From contig NC_087249.1 of assembly GCF_037042905.1 (NCBI RefSeq), positions 9,612,001-9,676,000 on the forward strand: 64,000 nt of DNA, given 5' to 3'. The notes under the pieces are model-generated. The model was not told where the DNA came from. It ran no database searches and saw only the letters and a program-made list of their open reading frames with translations. This DNA is from Lytechinus pictus (taxonomy: Eukaryota). Below are positions 24,053-36,471 of this stretch, in pieces. The position numbers and the translations under genes were made by a program. Positions within the stretch are counted from its first letter, which is position 1. Each line of letters begins with the position of its first letter.

Positions 24053-26963
24053 GGGCATTTTCACCACAGATGGACACAGAGGCAAAAAAATAAAGTTGAT
24101 ATTCATGTCAAATGCTTTATGTTTTTTAATAAAACAAGACCTGAAGTTTCTGAGACAACATTTTTTCCGACTCTGGCAGCCATTTTTTATTTCAAAATGG
24201 CTGCCAAAGTATGGATACAAATTAGTGTTGAAAATAGTATATTGATACATATTTTGTTTTGACAGATTTTTAAAGAACAGGTTTGATCATGATGTTTTTG
24301 CCTTTGATTTAGCTTGCTATTATAACACTTTTTAAAATCCCACAGAAAGAAACACCAGTAATTCATTCATCTGATAAAAAAACATTGATGAAGTATGTGA
24401 TATGGTATGTAATGTCAGTTACCGAAAACATGAACTTTTTTTTCTCATTTCCTGGAAAAGAGGATATATTATATGAAACTTGGTAGATTTCCTCTCTAGG
24501 TAACACCCCTCCCTTCTACACCAAAATTAAAGATTACCAATTAACAATGAAGCAATAGGGTACCATTAAATATATGTAATGTCAGTTACCAAGTGGAAAA
24601 TGTAATGTCAGTTACCGAGATGTAATGTCAGTTACCATGATAAAACGTTGGTTACCAATATTGAAATGCAAATATGTGGTCAATTTTATGGTGAAGAAAT
24701 ATTGTATACTTGTTATCTAACCCTAAGACCCCTCGACATTTTTCGCGATAAATCCACTGCTCGAATGTTTTTGACCGCGTCGCTAGCTGACTTTTTACCT
24801 TCAAGTCTCGAGCAACTTTTGAGACCAAAATTGTGACCCCCGGGTACACGGTTCCGAAATTACGCAACATTTTGTAAGTGCATGCAGACCCAAAATTACT
24901 AAAAAACATGAATTTGTGTACAAATCCAATGCAAATAGTGTTTTCAGCCAAAATTCATAAAATGTATCATTATTTTTCCTTTTACTTTTAAAATCAATTA
25001 ATTTTATCTTGTATAGTGCCAAAATAAAGTCCCTGACAATATCCATTGAAAAAACAATAAAAAACAAAGTCCAAAAAACAAAGAAATACATCAGAAATTT
25101 AAAAATCAATAGAATACATAAGAAAATAAATGTGATGTTGAAATTTTTGAAAAATAAATTTGATCAGATGCCTATCTAGAGTATGTGAAACAAAAATTAG
25201 CATTTTAGGGTCATTATTTTATTAATTAGATCAAACTTATGATTTTATGCATAAATTAGCATAATTAATCAGCAATGAGATTTTCTGCACAATTTGATTT
25301 TATAGTTTTGTAGATAATGCCATGGGTAAAGCGCGTGCCAATTTTCGTTGCGATCGCGTGATCGACGGCCGAGATCATAAAGGGGGGCTGAATCAGTTGC
25401 ATTCCCATCGTGCAATAAAAAATACTATGAAATTGTTTTGTACATGCACTTTACCTAGTACCTAATTGTTTGTATCAGACAATTTTTTGTTTGGTTTTCG
25501 GGGGGGGGGGGGTAGGTGGTACTTTTCCCAACCTATTGCCTAAATCTGCAACATTTTTTAAGCTTAACATTGTGATGAAGGGGATTTCCAGGGTCCCTTT
25601 TTTAGTTTCTAGGATTCTTTTGAGCATTGCCTCGCTAAAAGTAAATTCCTGGATTTTATACCTGTTAGTAGTGTGGATGTGTGATACAATTTTGTTTTTG
25701 GTTTATAAGTATAGATGAAAAGTGAAATTTGACAGTTCTGATCAATGTTGCATGGATCTACTAAAACTGTGGTGTTTTTTCTAATTTACAAATAGTTCAG
25801 TTTCAGTTTAGAAGCTGGAGTTTATTTTTTGTTGACAGCTTATAAAAGAAATTAGCAAAGAAAATGATTAAACAAATTATGAAGAGAATTGAAATCCGAC
25901 AGATATGAACAAGCATTGCTTGCACTGACCAGAATAGAAATCACTAAAACTACATGGCTGCATGAGATTCGGGGGAGGGGTACATGTAGCCTAGGGGAGG
26001 AGACCCTTATTAATTTTGCCTTTTTGAGGGGAGGGGGAGGTTGGAGAAGGAAAAGGTTTAAAAAGTCAATATAAAACTGATGAATATATTATGGGTGTAT
26101 AGTCAGAAAAATCCATGTAGTACAGTCAATGCAATATTAAATTACTATAGGAAAACATGTAGCTGCTATGACCCACCCCCCCCCCCCCCCCCGGGTAAGT
26201 AAAACATACATTTCTTATCTTTTGATTATTAAAAATGTGAAGTATTATGAAACTCTTATGATTTTAAAAAGCCTTACATATAAGTACCAAGAAAATTATG
26301 CCTCTGAAAATCATATAGCACTGGGTAATGTTAATGTGTATTGTCAGTTACCGACAAGTAATGATAAAAATGTTCAAATCAAAGAAAGGAATTAAGAAAA
26401 AGAAAAAGTTTTTTCATTGAAATGTTCCTAAAAACTCGGGTATACTTCCACATCAAGCTCACTTTCATGTGAAGCCCTGCACAGAAGATAAAATGCAATG
26501 ATTCCACACATTTGACTTCCATGTGTTATCTCAATGGCAAATTAAGTGTAATGTCAGTTACCGTAATGTCAGTTACCAGCATGGTTGTGAAAAAATTATC
26601 ATAGTCCCCAAAAGACAAAAACGAATTGTTTAATATTTTGACACATCTTAACCTAGTAACGGAGGTATATTTACATATTCAAATTATTTCTCTATCTACT
26701 CAGGGACATGAGATATTTCAATTTTAATGAACACCCTGAAATTGCATGTCCTTTTGCGTAATGTCAGTTACCGACACATTTTTGCTTGCTGATGCGTAAA
26801 AAAATGTGGTTACATAGGAAAACTTAGTATCAGAGTATACAGCAAGGTTCACTTTATTAACTCTATCAAAAGCAAGCTCCCATCATTTGTTGTTTTAGAG
26901 ATACACACAATGGAAGGTGTGAAAACATTGTGCCGTGTAATGTCAGTTACCGTGAAAATGCCC
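24053..26963. mobile_element. 2.9-kb DNA transposon, TIR GGGCATTTTCAC, 4-bp TSD GAAT (possibly Sola-like)
   Basis: GAAT|GGGCATTTTCAC ... GTGAAAATGCCC|GAAT; nine internal copies of GTA(A/T)TGTCAGTTACC. Confidence 0.82.
24721..25396. mobile_element. Probable piggyBac-type non-autonomous element (truncated), nested in 24053-26963
   Basis: Starts CTAA|CCCT; CpG-rich ends contrast with the host element; stops at GGGGGGCTGAATCAG with no clear right terminus. Confidence 0.45.
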
Positions 26964-27927
26964 GAATAATAATATTTATTTGATACAGTTCTTTCCATAT
27001 ATTTTTATGAAATAAAGACAAAAATCGATGAGCGCTGTCTGGGGGATTTTGCATTGTTAACCCCGTAATGATGGTTGCACCATAGCGAGCCGTCTGTGTA
27101 CGAGGAGAAATAAAAATGAAAAAAAAAATCGAAACAGACGGCTGCCAGCTGTCTAATACGTAATGAGCTTTGAGGACGATCTTTCCGATAGGCGTTTTAA
27201 AATTCTGCTCTTAACTATTGTCCATTTCTCATAAAATTTGTCTTATTTTATAGATAAAATCGCCATATCATGTTTTAAGTAACTGGAGACCTAAAAAATT
27301 CCCTACCTAAATTCTCGAAACATTGCATTAGGTGATGTGCTTAATTGATCTTCTTTGTGCTCGCGTGCCAAACGTATACGTTGAGCTGAACGGGGATCAG
27401 TCTCTCTCTCTGTCTCTCCTACCTTTCCGAAATTAAAACGGTCCTTCGATCGGACATAGTTATTTAGACGCAGGACAAATAATGCTCTGACAACCAAACT
27501 AACTTTTCATCAGCATCAGTAAAAATGTGAATGTGCTTTTAAAAACTAATACTAAAACTGATCTAAAATTGATCTTAGATCGATTTTAAACTTGATTTTG
27601 GAAATCGATTTTAAATTAATTTTAAAATCGTAATTGTACCTATTCTAATTAACCGATTTTAAAATCGGCTCCCGATTTTACCCGATTTTACCACAATCGG
27701 CGCGATCACCTGCCAATCTTCGATCATGCCCCTTGAAGGAAAAATCGGATATAAAATATCGGCGTAGATCTAGTTACAGTGCGTGATCGTTCAGAACATA
27801 TTTCAAGATTTTTTTGAGGTGCTAGCTATTTAGAGGTCGCATTAATCAGGGAGAAAGACGCAGTATTATCTCTGACGATGTTTACGAGGATAGATATCTT
27901 CTCTTCAACCTCGTGGTGATAGCGGAC

Positions 27928-28101
27928 TAGTCTGCAGGCACAGACCCTGATTGGAACTATGATCAACAAGTGTGCCTCCACGCAAAGACTAGCACATACA
28001 AAACTTGCTGTTCCAATACAGGAGAGCCTTCAGTACACAAGGCATGAGTAGGCTGCACATTCAGACCCTTAACTCGAGCGAAGGGTTTGCCCAGCAGACT
28101 A
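27928..28101. mobile_element. 174-bp element, TIR TAGTCTGC, 9-bp TSD ATAGCGGAC
   Basis: TSD at 27919-27927 and 28102-28110; related copy at 63242-63388. Confidence 0.85.
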
Positions 28102-30145
28102 ATAGCGGACGCCGCCGTGAACTTTTAAAGGTCGGTTTACCGACGGACATCACTGCACTACTCTCTTACCTCCTTTATGATGATAGACACTTCTCTTCAA
28201 CCTCGTGGTGATAGCGGAACCCGCTTCTTTTGTATTTGTTCTTGGTTATCAAAAGTTAATTTCTGAAGATAGTAATAAATTGATTTGAAAACGTTAGCTC
28301 CCCAAAGCATTTTAATAACATGTTCCGAATCATCGCGCGTGCTTGCGACTTCTATTACATTTTAATTGCACTTGCGCCTTTAAGATGATGCATTTTATTT
28401 AAGGCATTTGCTGGCTTAAAACGAAACTAGAATTTCAATTTCATTTTATTTGCCCAGCGTGTTTGTCCCATTGAAGACACCGTTAGAAAAAAAATCGCAT
28501 CGAAATAAAAAAAAAATCGCCAAAAATCAAAAACCCGAGTGATTTCGAACGCGACCCGAGTGATTTCGAACGCGAACGCGACCCGAGTGATTATAATAAG
28601 CCTTATCAGCTAATCATGAAACGGTTTCTCCATAGGATAATATACAGTTACAGTACAATACAGGTAAAAGCAGAAAATTTACTCAAAGTTTTGAGGGATG
28701 GGCAAGCAAATAGTCCCTTTGTTTCCCAGTTTAAATTGTACAAACACTACACTCATACATGTTTGTGAAGCTCTGACTGCACAAGATTTAATTCTGAGTT
28801 GACTGCTTCCAAAGAATGTGCAAACAAAGCTTGGTTAAATGACAATGATTTTCTCACAAAAAGAGTAATATTTACACACCACTCTTTAACTTATTGTTCT
28901 GTTCAATGATCAATCAAACAGCAAGTGAGAACAAAAGGTGGAAATGATTATGTTCTGAATGTATCCGTTCTCATGGGACAGTTTTCAATACAACCTTAAT
29001 GTATCACAGAAAGTTGCCAAAGGCATAGGCGACTAGCAATCCCCCCCCAAAAAAATATATATAATGCTCTTCTTAGCCCATTTCAGAATTAACTTTATGT
29101 AAATGTATTTTTTCCAAAAAAATAAAATAAATTTCTAATTAATCAATTTAAATTATTTTTTTACCTGAATACAAAAACCATGACATTAAATGTTACATTG
29201 AATCAAAAGGATCCCCAAAAATGAAATAAGGGCCCCTCCCTCATAGGCCTATATCCCTACCACCCCCAACCCCCTCCCCAAATTAAAAAAGAATGAGGTC
29301 TATAGGATCTTGTCATTAAAGTTATGGGGCATTTTCCTTTCATAAAGTCAGAGAAATAAAAACAGATCACCAATAACTTCAGGGAGAAACGATATATAAA
29401 TAACAGGTAATATTATGATGAAAATCACCAAAACGCAATTAATAGTTCATATGCATGAATTGCGATCAATCAAAACTACATGTAACAACCTCTATAGCAT
29501 GTCGCTCAAGCACCTGGTCTGTTTGAATTAAATACTGAAATATTAATAGATTCTTGTGTTTGTGTGAATTGATGAAGGAAAAGATCTGTGTCAGATACTT
29601 GATCTAAAAACAAGTTCATTTGGGTTCTTATTTATTTATTGGTTATTTATTTATTTTATATACTCATATAAATATTAGCCAACAGCAGAGCTAAAACGGC
29701 CAGTTTACAATGTCATTAAAATGTAATAAGTTTCAAAGATAGAATTGCTTGTGCATCAATTATAGAAATCAACTTACAATATGCTTTGATTTTCAACCAA
29801 AATCCATTCAATGGGAAAGAAAATGCCAATGAGGCAACTTCAAGATTGATAATATCATGTAGGATTGCTCTTTCAACATACTTGGTAAAGATAAGTCCCA
29901 TGTGAAGCGAATAAATATTTCAATGAGTTGATCAAAAGCCAATTCTGGGGCAGAGAAAACATGCGTTCTTTGACCTGTTAATATGAAATCATCAAGATTT
30001 ATTCACCAGTTTATCATAATTTCCCATAGAGCAGTCAGTCCTTAAAAGCTCCTCCATAAATCAATTCGTGGTTCACCCTTGATATAATGTCATTCTACAA
30101 AGTCAACTACGCATCCCTCATCAGCTGAAAATAGACTGATCTATG

Positions 30146-30617
30146 GGAGTATTCAGACTGCCTTGAAGTTTGTAAATTCCAGGTATTTTCTGATTGGGAA
30201 ATTGCCCTAACCTACTCTGACCAGAAAATACCAGGTAATTTTGGCAGTGTGAAAGCAAATTGCACGTAATACTCCCCCTCAAAAATAAATAAATAAATAA
30301 ATAGTAGGTACTAGTAATAGTATACTTGTCAAAATTATGAAAACTTTTGCAAGGATTATTCCAAGGTTGAATGAATTTTGGCAGTGTGAAAGCTAATTTG
30401 TGAACTTTCTTTTAGAGCGTCATGGGTAGCGGCTGAGCAAGTGATTTTGAATCTCGCGCCTTCCCTGCTTATCAGATCATACTGCGCATGCTCGTAACTT
30501 CGGGATCTTACCCAGAGCCGTAAGGGCCGGTATGAATACGAAAAAATAATTATCAGGTATTTTAAGGTTCTAATAATTCAACAGGTACTCCCGTGATCGA
30601 GGCGGTCTGAATACGCC
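30146..30617. mobile_element. MITE with TIR GG(A/C)GTATTCAGAC(T/C)GCCT
   Basis: GGAGTATTCAGACTGCCT at the left, AGGCGGTCTGAATACGCC at the right. Confidence 0.65.
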
Positions 30618-31204
30618 TGTTGACGGCTCACAAAAAGTTAAAACAACACACAAGTTTCTATTACTAGAGACTGATATTAGAAATCTCCGGAAGTTGCATG
30701 AACTTTTATCTGACAACAAGGATCCCTCAAAGAACAATTTCAGATTTTTAAGAGCATTATTAGGAGGAAAAAGATGTTCGTCAAGTAGGTCGACCAAAAG
30801 TTCACTGTCCTAATTTGAAGGCTTGACTTGCTGTAGAGTATAACGTGAAAGTCTTTCAGTGCTACATGTAAAAAGACATTATGGCTGTTTAAAATATAAG
30901 CACCTAGATGTAGGCCTAGGCTATTTATTTAATTTTTATTACATTAGTAGGCCTAAAATTAGGTTGATATGTTGTTTTCATTAGTAAAATAGATTATTGT
31001 TTTCATTACCTAAATCACATAGATCCCTCCTTGTATGTGTGTGCAAGTGTGTCACCCTCTCTCAATCATCTTCAGACTTTTTGAATGGAAACTTACAAGC
31101 TTTTATCTTAAAAAAGTATCTATAAACATCAAAGTTACATAAGGTAAAGATGTAAATTTCTTCTCCAAACAACACCCCCCCCCAAAAAAAAACTGTTAAC
31201 TTAA

Positions 31205-31784
31205 AGGGATGGTCCGGGCTGAAAATATTTACATCTTAATACATAGAGTAGAATTCACTGAGCAAAATGCCGAAAATTTCATCAAAATCGGATAACAAAT
31301 AATAAAGTTATTGAAGTTTAAAGTATAGCAATATTTTGTGAGAACAGTCGTCATGAATATTCATTAGGTGGGCTGATGATGTCACATATCCACTTTCCGT
31401 TTTCTTATTTTATTACATAAAATCATAATTTTTTCATTATTTCATACTTGTGTGAATAATATGTCTCCCTTATAATGAAATAAGTTGCAGCAATAAATAT
31501 CTAATGCACTAAATCAGTTGTCAATCCAACTTTTCTAGTTCTTTGATGAAAAAATTTGAATAAACCTAATTTCATATAATAAAATACAAAAGAACAAGTG
31601 GAGATGTGGCATCATCAGCCCACCTAATGAATATTCATGACGACTGTTTTCACAAAATATTGCTAAACTTTAAAATTCAGTAACTATTATTTGTTATCCG
31701 ATTTTGATGAAATTTTTGGCATTTTGCTCAGTGAATTCTACTCTATTTATTAAGCTATACATACTTTTAGCCCGGACCATCGCT
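31205..31784. mobile_element. Kolobok/T2-type MITE, same family as 46052-46633, opposite orientation
   Basis: TTAA|AGGGATGGTCCGG...CCGGACCATCGCT|TTCA; high similarity to 46052-46633. Confidence 0.88.
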
Positions 31785-34694
31785 TTCAGTTCTGTTGTGA
31801 TCTAGATAAACACAAATAACTGTAAAGATACTGAATGGTCATAAACAGTTTTTATCTCTCCTAAAAGGTTTTAAAGTGTCTCCTTTGAGTGACACAAAAC
31901 ATTTCACTAACTATTTTTGATATCTGAGAGCTACAGGATCACATAAATCTGCAAAACAGCATTTTTTTTTAAATCCCACCTTCCATTGGAAGCAAAAAGG
32001 GAAGAAGTCTCTGGACTTTGAACCGCAAAGATTAGGGGTTTAAATCCCGTCATTTGGCCAGGAGTCTATCTACATTTGCCACTCTACACCCAGGTGTGGT
32101 AAATTGGTACAGATTCCTCGAATGTTCAAGCACCCAACCAGGGGAGCCATGCTAAAGCAGGGATGATAGTATGCATTGCTTGGAAATATTGTACATGTAT
32201 TTAGCGCTATTGGCCTATAAATGTTGCATAATCATCATCATCATCACCATTATTATTATAAACTAATTTAATAGATCATGTGAATCACCATGCTCTTGAT
32301 CTACTATCATTTGATGTGTTCATACTGAGTAAATCATATACAAGATCAAATGTGAAGGCCTCAAACTTTTTTAGTTTGGTTGGCCCTGATGGGACCTAAA
32401 TCACCTCTTTCACATTTAAAGTTTGCTTGGCTAAAATGCTCTTGATGGGGAAAAGGGGTATAATTATAGTCCACCAACATGGTGAAGTAGTTGATAAAGA
32501 AAAAACAGACTATTAGAACTAATCTACAAAGATTGTAAAGCAAATGGCATTAGACTAATCTCAAAAACCTGATAGAAGACCAACTTGATCCAGGCTTTAA
32601 TGGGTTGCTAAAAGACCTGGGAATTAGACCAACTGGTATTAGACCAAACGATGTTAACCATCATTCACAAAGTTAAGCCCTACTGGTTCCAAGTAGAACA
32701 CATGTAATTTACTGTGATTTTCTTTCTGTCCTAGTACCGTTTAGGTCAAAGGTGGCATGTAGCCCTCCATGTCCTGCAAGCCATAAAAACTTTGAAACCA
32801 TTCAAAACACTCTAAACTGGCATGGTTTCAGGACAAAGCTGTTTGATGGGCTGCAGAATAAATACCCCCTGACTTTTATGATGCAATTTGGGAGCTGTTA
32901 GATCCAGAGCAATAATTTTTCTTTTGAACAGTAACTGGCCACTTGGGTAAAGCTAACCGGAGAGCTTTTATGAAAAAAAAAATGACAATAAATTGTTGCT
33001 TTTGATACAGTATCAATCTCTATTCATTGCAAGATTTAGCCTGCATGTACTTTAGATTATCAATTTATCTGGAATTTCTGTCAATGGGTAACTTTCAAAA
33101 CTTTAATTCCATTTTATAGGCCAAATTCTCTGTTCATTTCATTTCATTTTTTATCTTATAATTTATATCATGCTAGTATACTATGTCATTTAATTTCACA
33201 TATACTTTATTAGTTAGTTGCTGTTTTGAGGCTCCTGAAAGGTCTTTCACTGTTTTCACCAAGTAGGTCTACATGTATATGATTAATTTAAACTTTTTGA
33301 ACAAGTGTTTAAACAAGACAATCTTAGCCAGCCCAGAGTGAAGATGTCAATTTAAAATTTAGTCTATAACTTCAACTACAACCAATACTAGAGATCTTTA
33401 TATAGTTTGCAGTTAACTTGTTTGACTTAAGACCCATTTGAGCTCTACAAAGGTTTAATAGCATTTAGGCCTATAGTATATGCTCATGGACCTAGGTCCA
33501 AGGAGTGCTTCAATATTTTTCAGAGCAAATTAAAAAAATGCCAATAATACAATAAGGTACAAAAACAATAGCAATAAAGGCAAGACTGGTATAACTTTCA
33601 AGCTCAATACCTTACATTTAAGTTGTTTCAGAATGAACTTAGAAAGAAATCCATGCTATCTACTCTACAGACATTAAAAAACTTCATAAAAAGAATTTCC
33701 TGCAATATCATAGAAACATATGATTTATATGCCCATGGGGAGGTAAAGTCCATTATAATCATAAAGCATAATCTAACAAAAGGTCTCTTCAACACGTTCA
33801 AAGACTATAATTTCTCCTCGAGGCAGTTTTTGTTCGGCTTATGCTTCAGACCGACGCACAGCATGTGATTACAAGTTCAGATCAAACAGTGTTTTCCCCC
33901 CTGAAGGCGTCTCGTCAAATGTGATTGAAAACACTTCATCATAAAATCATAACTTTAGCTTTATATTGTATAGCATGACCCTAATTCTAAATTAGGATTT
34001 TTCCTGGGATACGTAGCGATTAAGTGCAAAGGATCATCAAGTTTGGTATGTTTGTTTTATGTTCGCACATTCTTTCATGCAGAAGTTCAGCAACTTTAAT
34101 CTTTGATGTTGAGTTCATAGGACCTTATTTTCTCTTTTTTGCAAAGACTTCAACTGTACATGAAAACAACATTTACCGTAATTATAGGTAAAAGGAAACT
34201 TAATTTGAAAATTTGAACCTATTAAAAAGAGATTTTTCAAAGGAAAGGTAACACTCAATTACCTTTGTAATCAAAATGTTATTGTTCATGGACTGAACAT
34301 TTTTATTTTGGAAAAACAAGCTATTAAAAAAAATTGAAATGTAAAAAACAATCTCATTAGTCATCTCATGTCATTAATTTGCTTTGCACACATTTCATTT
34401 TTCATTCAGCTAGATGATTTTTTGTTTGTTTTTGTGTTCGATGAAAAGGAGTACATCTCTCTCCCTACCTACCTCTATGTGTTTTTTTCTCTGTATGCTC
34501 TTATTATATCCCTCTTTTATTCTGCAGTGCAAAGGCTCAGTGATCAGGGTTCAAAATCAATTGAAAAGATATTCAGTCCTTTAACTGCTTACAGTTACTT
34601 TTTTTTCACGCAATCTCATTTCATTTCCCTCATTATTTTCTTTTTCATCAAAGCTCAATGCAGTAGATGGAGATTGATTTGAAAGTGTAACTGA

Positions 34695-34977
34695 CACTCT
34701 AAATTTCAAGGATTTAAAATAAATCCATATTGACTGTGAGTAGTGACCAACCAAATGTTGGATTTATTTTTAATCTCAATGATGAAATGATTTTTGGATT
34801 TATTTTTAATCTCAATGATGAAATGATAATTTTTTTCTTTTAAATCTCAAAAGATTTAAATTCAAATCTTTTAGCTCTGTACTTAAATCCACAAAGTTTA
34901 AATCTTAATTCTAATATTCGGCTGGTCACTATTCACATCTTTTTTCTATTCATTTTAAATCTTTGAAATTTAGAGTG
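34695..34977. mobile_element. Second CACTCTAAA MITE, with an internal ~36-bp tandem duplication
   Basis: Collinear with 41621-41852; TTGGATTTATTTTTAATCTCAATGATGAAATGAT occurs twice. Confidence 0.75.
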
Positions 34978-36006
34978 TAGTGTCAAAAATTGTTTGCCTT
35001 GAATATGACATACGATTTCTGTAACGTGTATAGAGGCCTCGTTCAGATAGATAAGTGCTATATAAAAGTGGAATATCATAATTATCATAATCATTGCTAT
35101 GACAGAGAATATTCTACATGTAACAGACTATATTTAGGGCTATATACCAAATTGGAATTGGGTTTTTAACTTCAAATCGCATGATTCCCCACTTCCTTCA
35201 TCTAGTTCTCTGTTTCTCACACTTCATAGAACAACATTCATGTCAAGAAAATTGAGTAGTTTGGCATTGGACCTTGAACCATAGAAAAACCCTGCTTCTA
35301 ACCTGTTAGTTTAGCGGTAGAAAGAAAGGGATATCGGGCTACTACTAAAACATAACTGAGACCCATCAAAGAGACAGGTGCTGCAAATAATCACTAACGA
35401 GACATATTGAAACTACATGTAGAAGCGGTTCATCACCCCCCCCCCTCCCACTCCCCTCCCCCTGCCCGAGCTCCCACTCCAAAAAAAAAAAATACATTCA
35501 TAGTTTCACACCATAGATTCAGAATATATTCCCCTTCCGCATTATGATATTTTCATCAGACTCTCAATATGTTTTTTGAAGAAAATCTTCAGCACTTTTG
35601 CCTGCAAGTAAATCACTCTCAACACTACTCAAATCAGGATTATTTGCCAGGAGCCCAATCATCATCACCAAAAAATAATCAAATTGAATTCCAGAATGTG
35701 TGTGAAGGTGACACAACATAGGTTTAAGGTAGGGTATAGTGTTAAACCCAGGGTTGAAGCTGGCCATTCGATTAGTGTGTGGAATTTGCAGCAGAGCAAT
35801 TGTCGCCGGAGCAAATGTCATGGAACCGGTTGAGAATCAAGTTGCATTTTGACATTTTCATTGGGGTTTTCATCTAGCTCTTGTTGAAAGAGTTGAATAT
35901 GAACAAAAATTTTTAAATGAAGCACAAGTCCAAATAAAAATCAAAGTTGCATTTAATTCTTTGAGCTGTGTTTGAATGCAACTCTTTCCACAAAATACCC
36001 CAGATC

Positions 36007-36471
36007 AGGGCCTCGTCTTACATTACAAAGAGTTGCGATTGATCTTATCAACCACAACTATGGAAAACCTGCAATGTCAACATCTACAATGCATGTTTGT
36101 TAAAAAAAAATCTAGAATATGATGTTTATTTACAACATCTGGGGGCCGTTTCATAAAGCTGTTCGTTTAAAATTAAGAGCGACTTTAAGAACGACTGGTG
36201 AACCTTTCTTGCGCGCGAATTAATCACCAATTTCATGACATTGCATGGTTCATTTACCACAAGAAGGGATCACCAGTCGTTCTTAAAGTCGCTCTTAACT
36301 TACGAACAGCTTTATGAAACACCCACCTGTTTTCTGTACTGTTCAGTATGCTCCTCTTTGTTTACAAAAAGACAATGTGCAAATTACCTGCAGAAAAAAA
36401 AATGACATTAATGGATTTCCATATAGTTGAAGTTGATCAGATCAATCGTAACTCAATCGTAAGACGGGGCC
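36007..36471. mobile_element. Harbinger-like MITE containing a nested palindromic MITE at about 36142-36327
   Basis: Outer GGGCCTCGTCTTAC / GTAAGACGGGGCC; inner TTTCATAAAGCTGTTCGT...ACGAACAGCTTTATGAAA. Confidence 0.75.

Larger units (their letters stand above)
23804..27155 (-). mobile_element. Inverted copy of the TAGAC/9-bp-TSD element, split by a 2.9-kb insertion
   Basis: 23804-24052 and 26964-27155 are reverse complements of about 1625-1868 and 1426-1628; flanks ATACGCAGT / ATACGTAAT (7/9). Confidence 0.85.
23228..28602. mobile_element. 5375-bp DNA transposon with ~190-bp TIRs and 8-bp TSD TTATCAGC (Merlin- or MULE-like); no transposase seen
   Basis: GGCTTGTTATAATCACTCGGGTCGCGTTC... at 23228 mirrored at 28413-28602; TTATCAGC at 23220-23227 and 28603-28610. 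Confidence 0.92.

Noticed and set aside
25410..25960. Possible decayed retroelement coding remnant on the minus strand
   Set aside because: Many stops and only a vague resemblance; needs a translated search.
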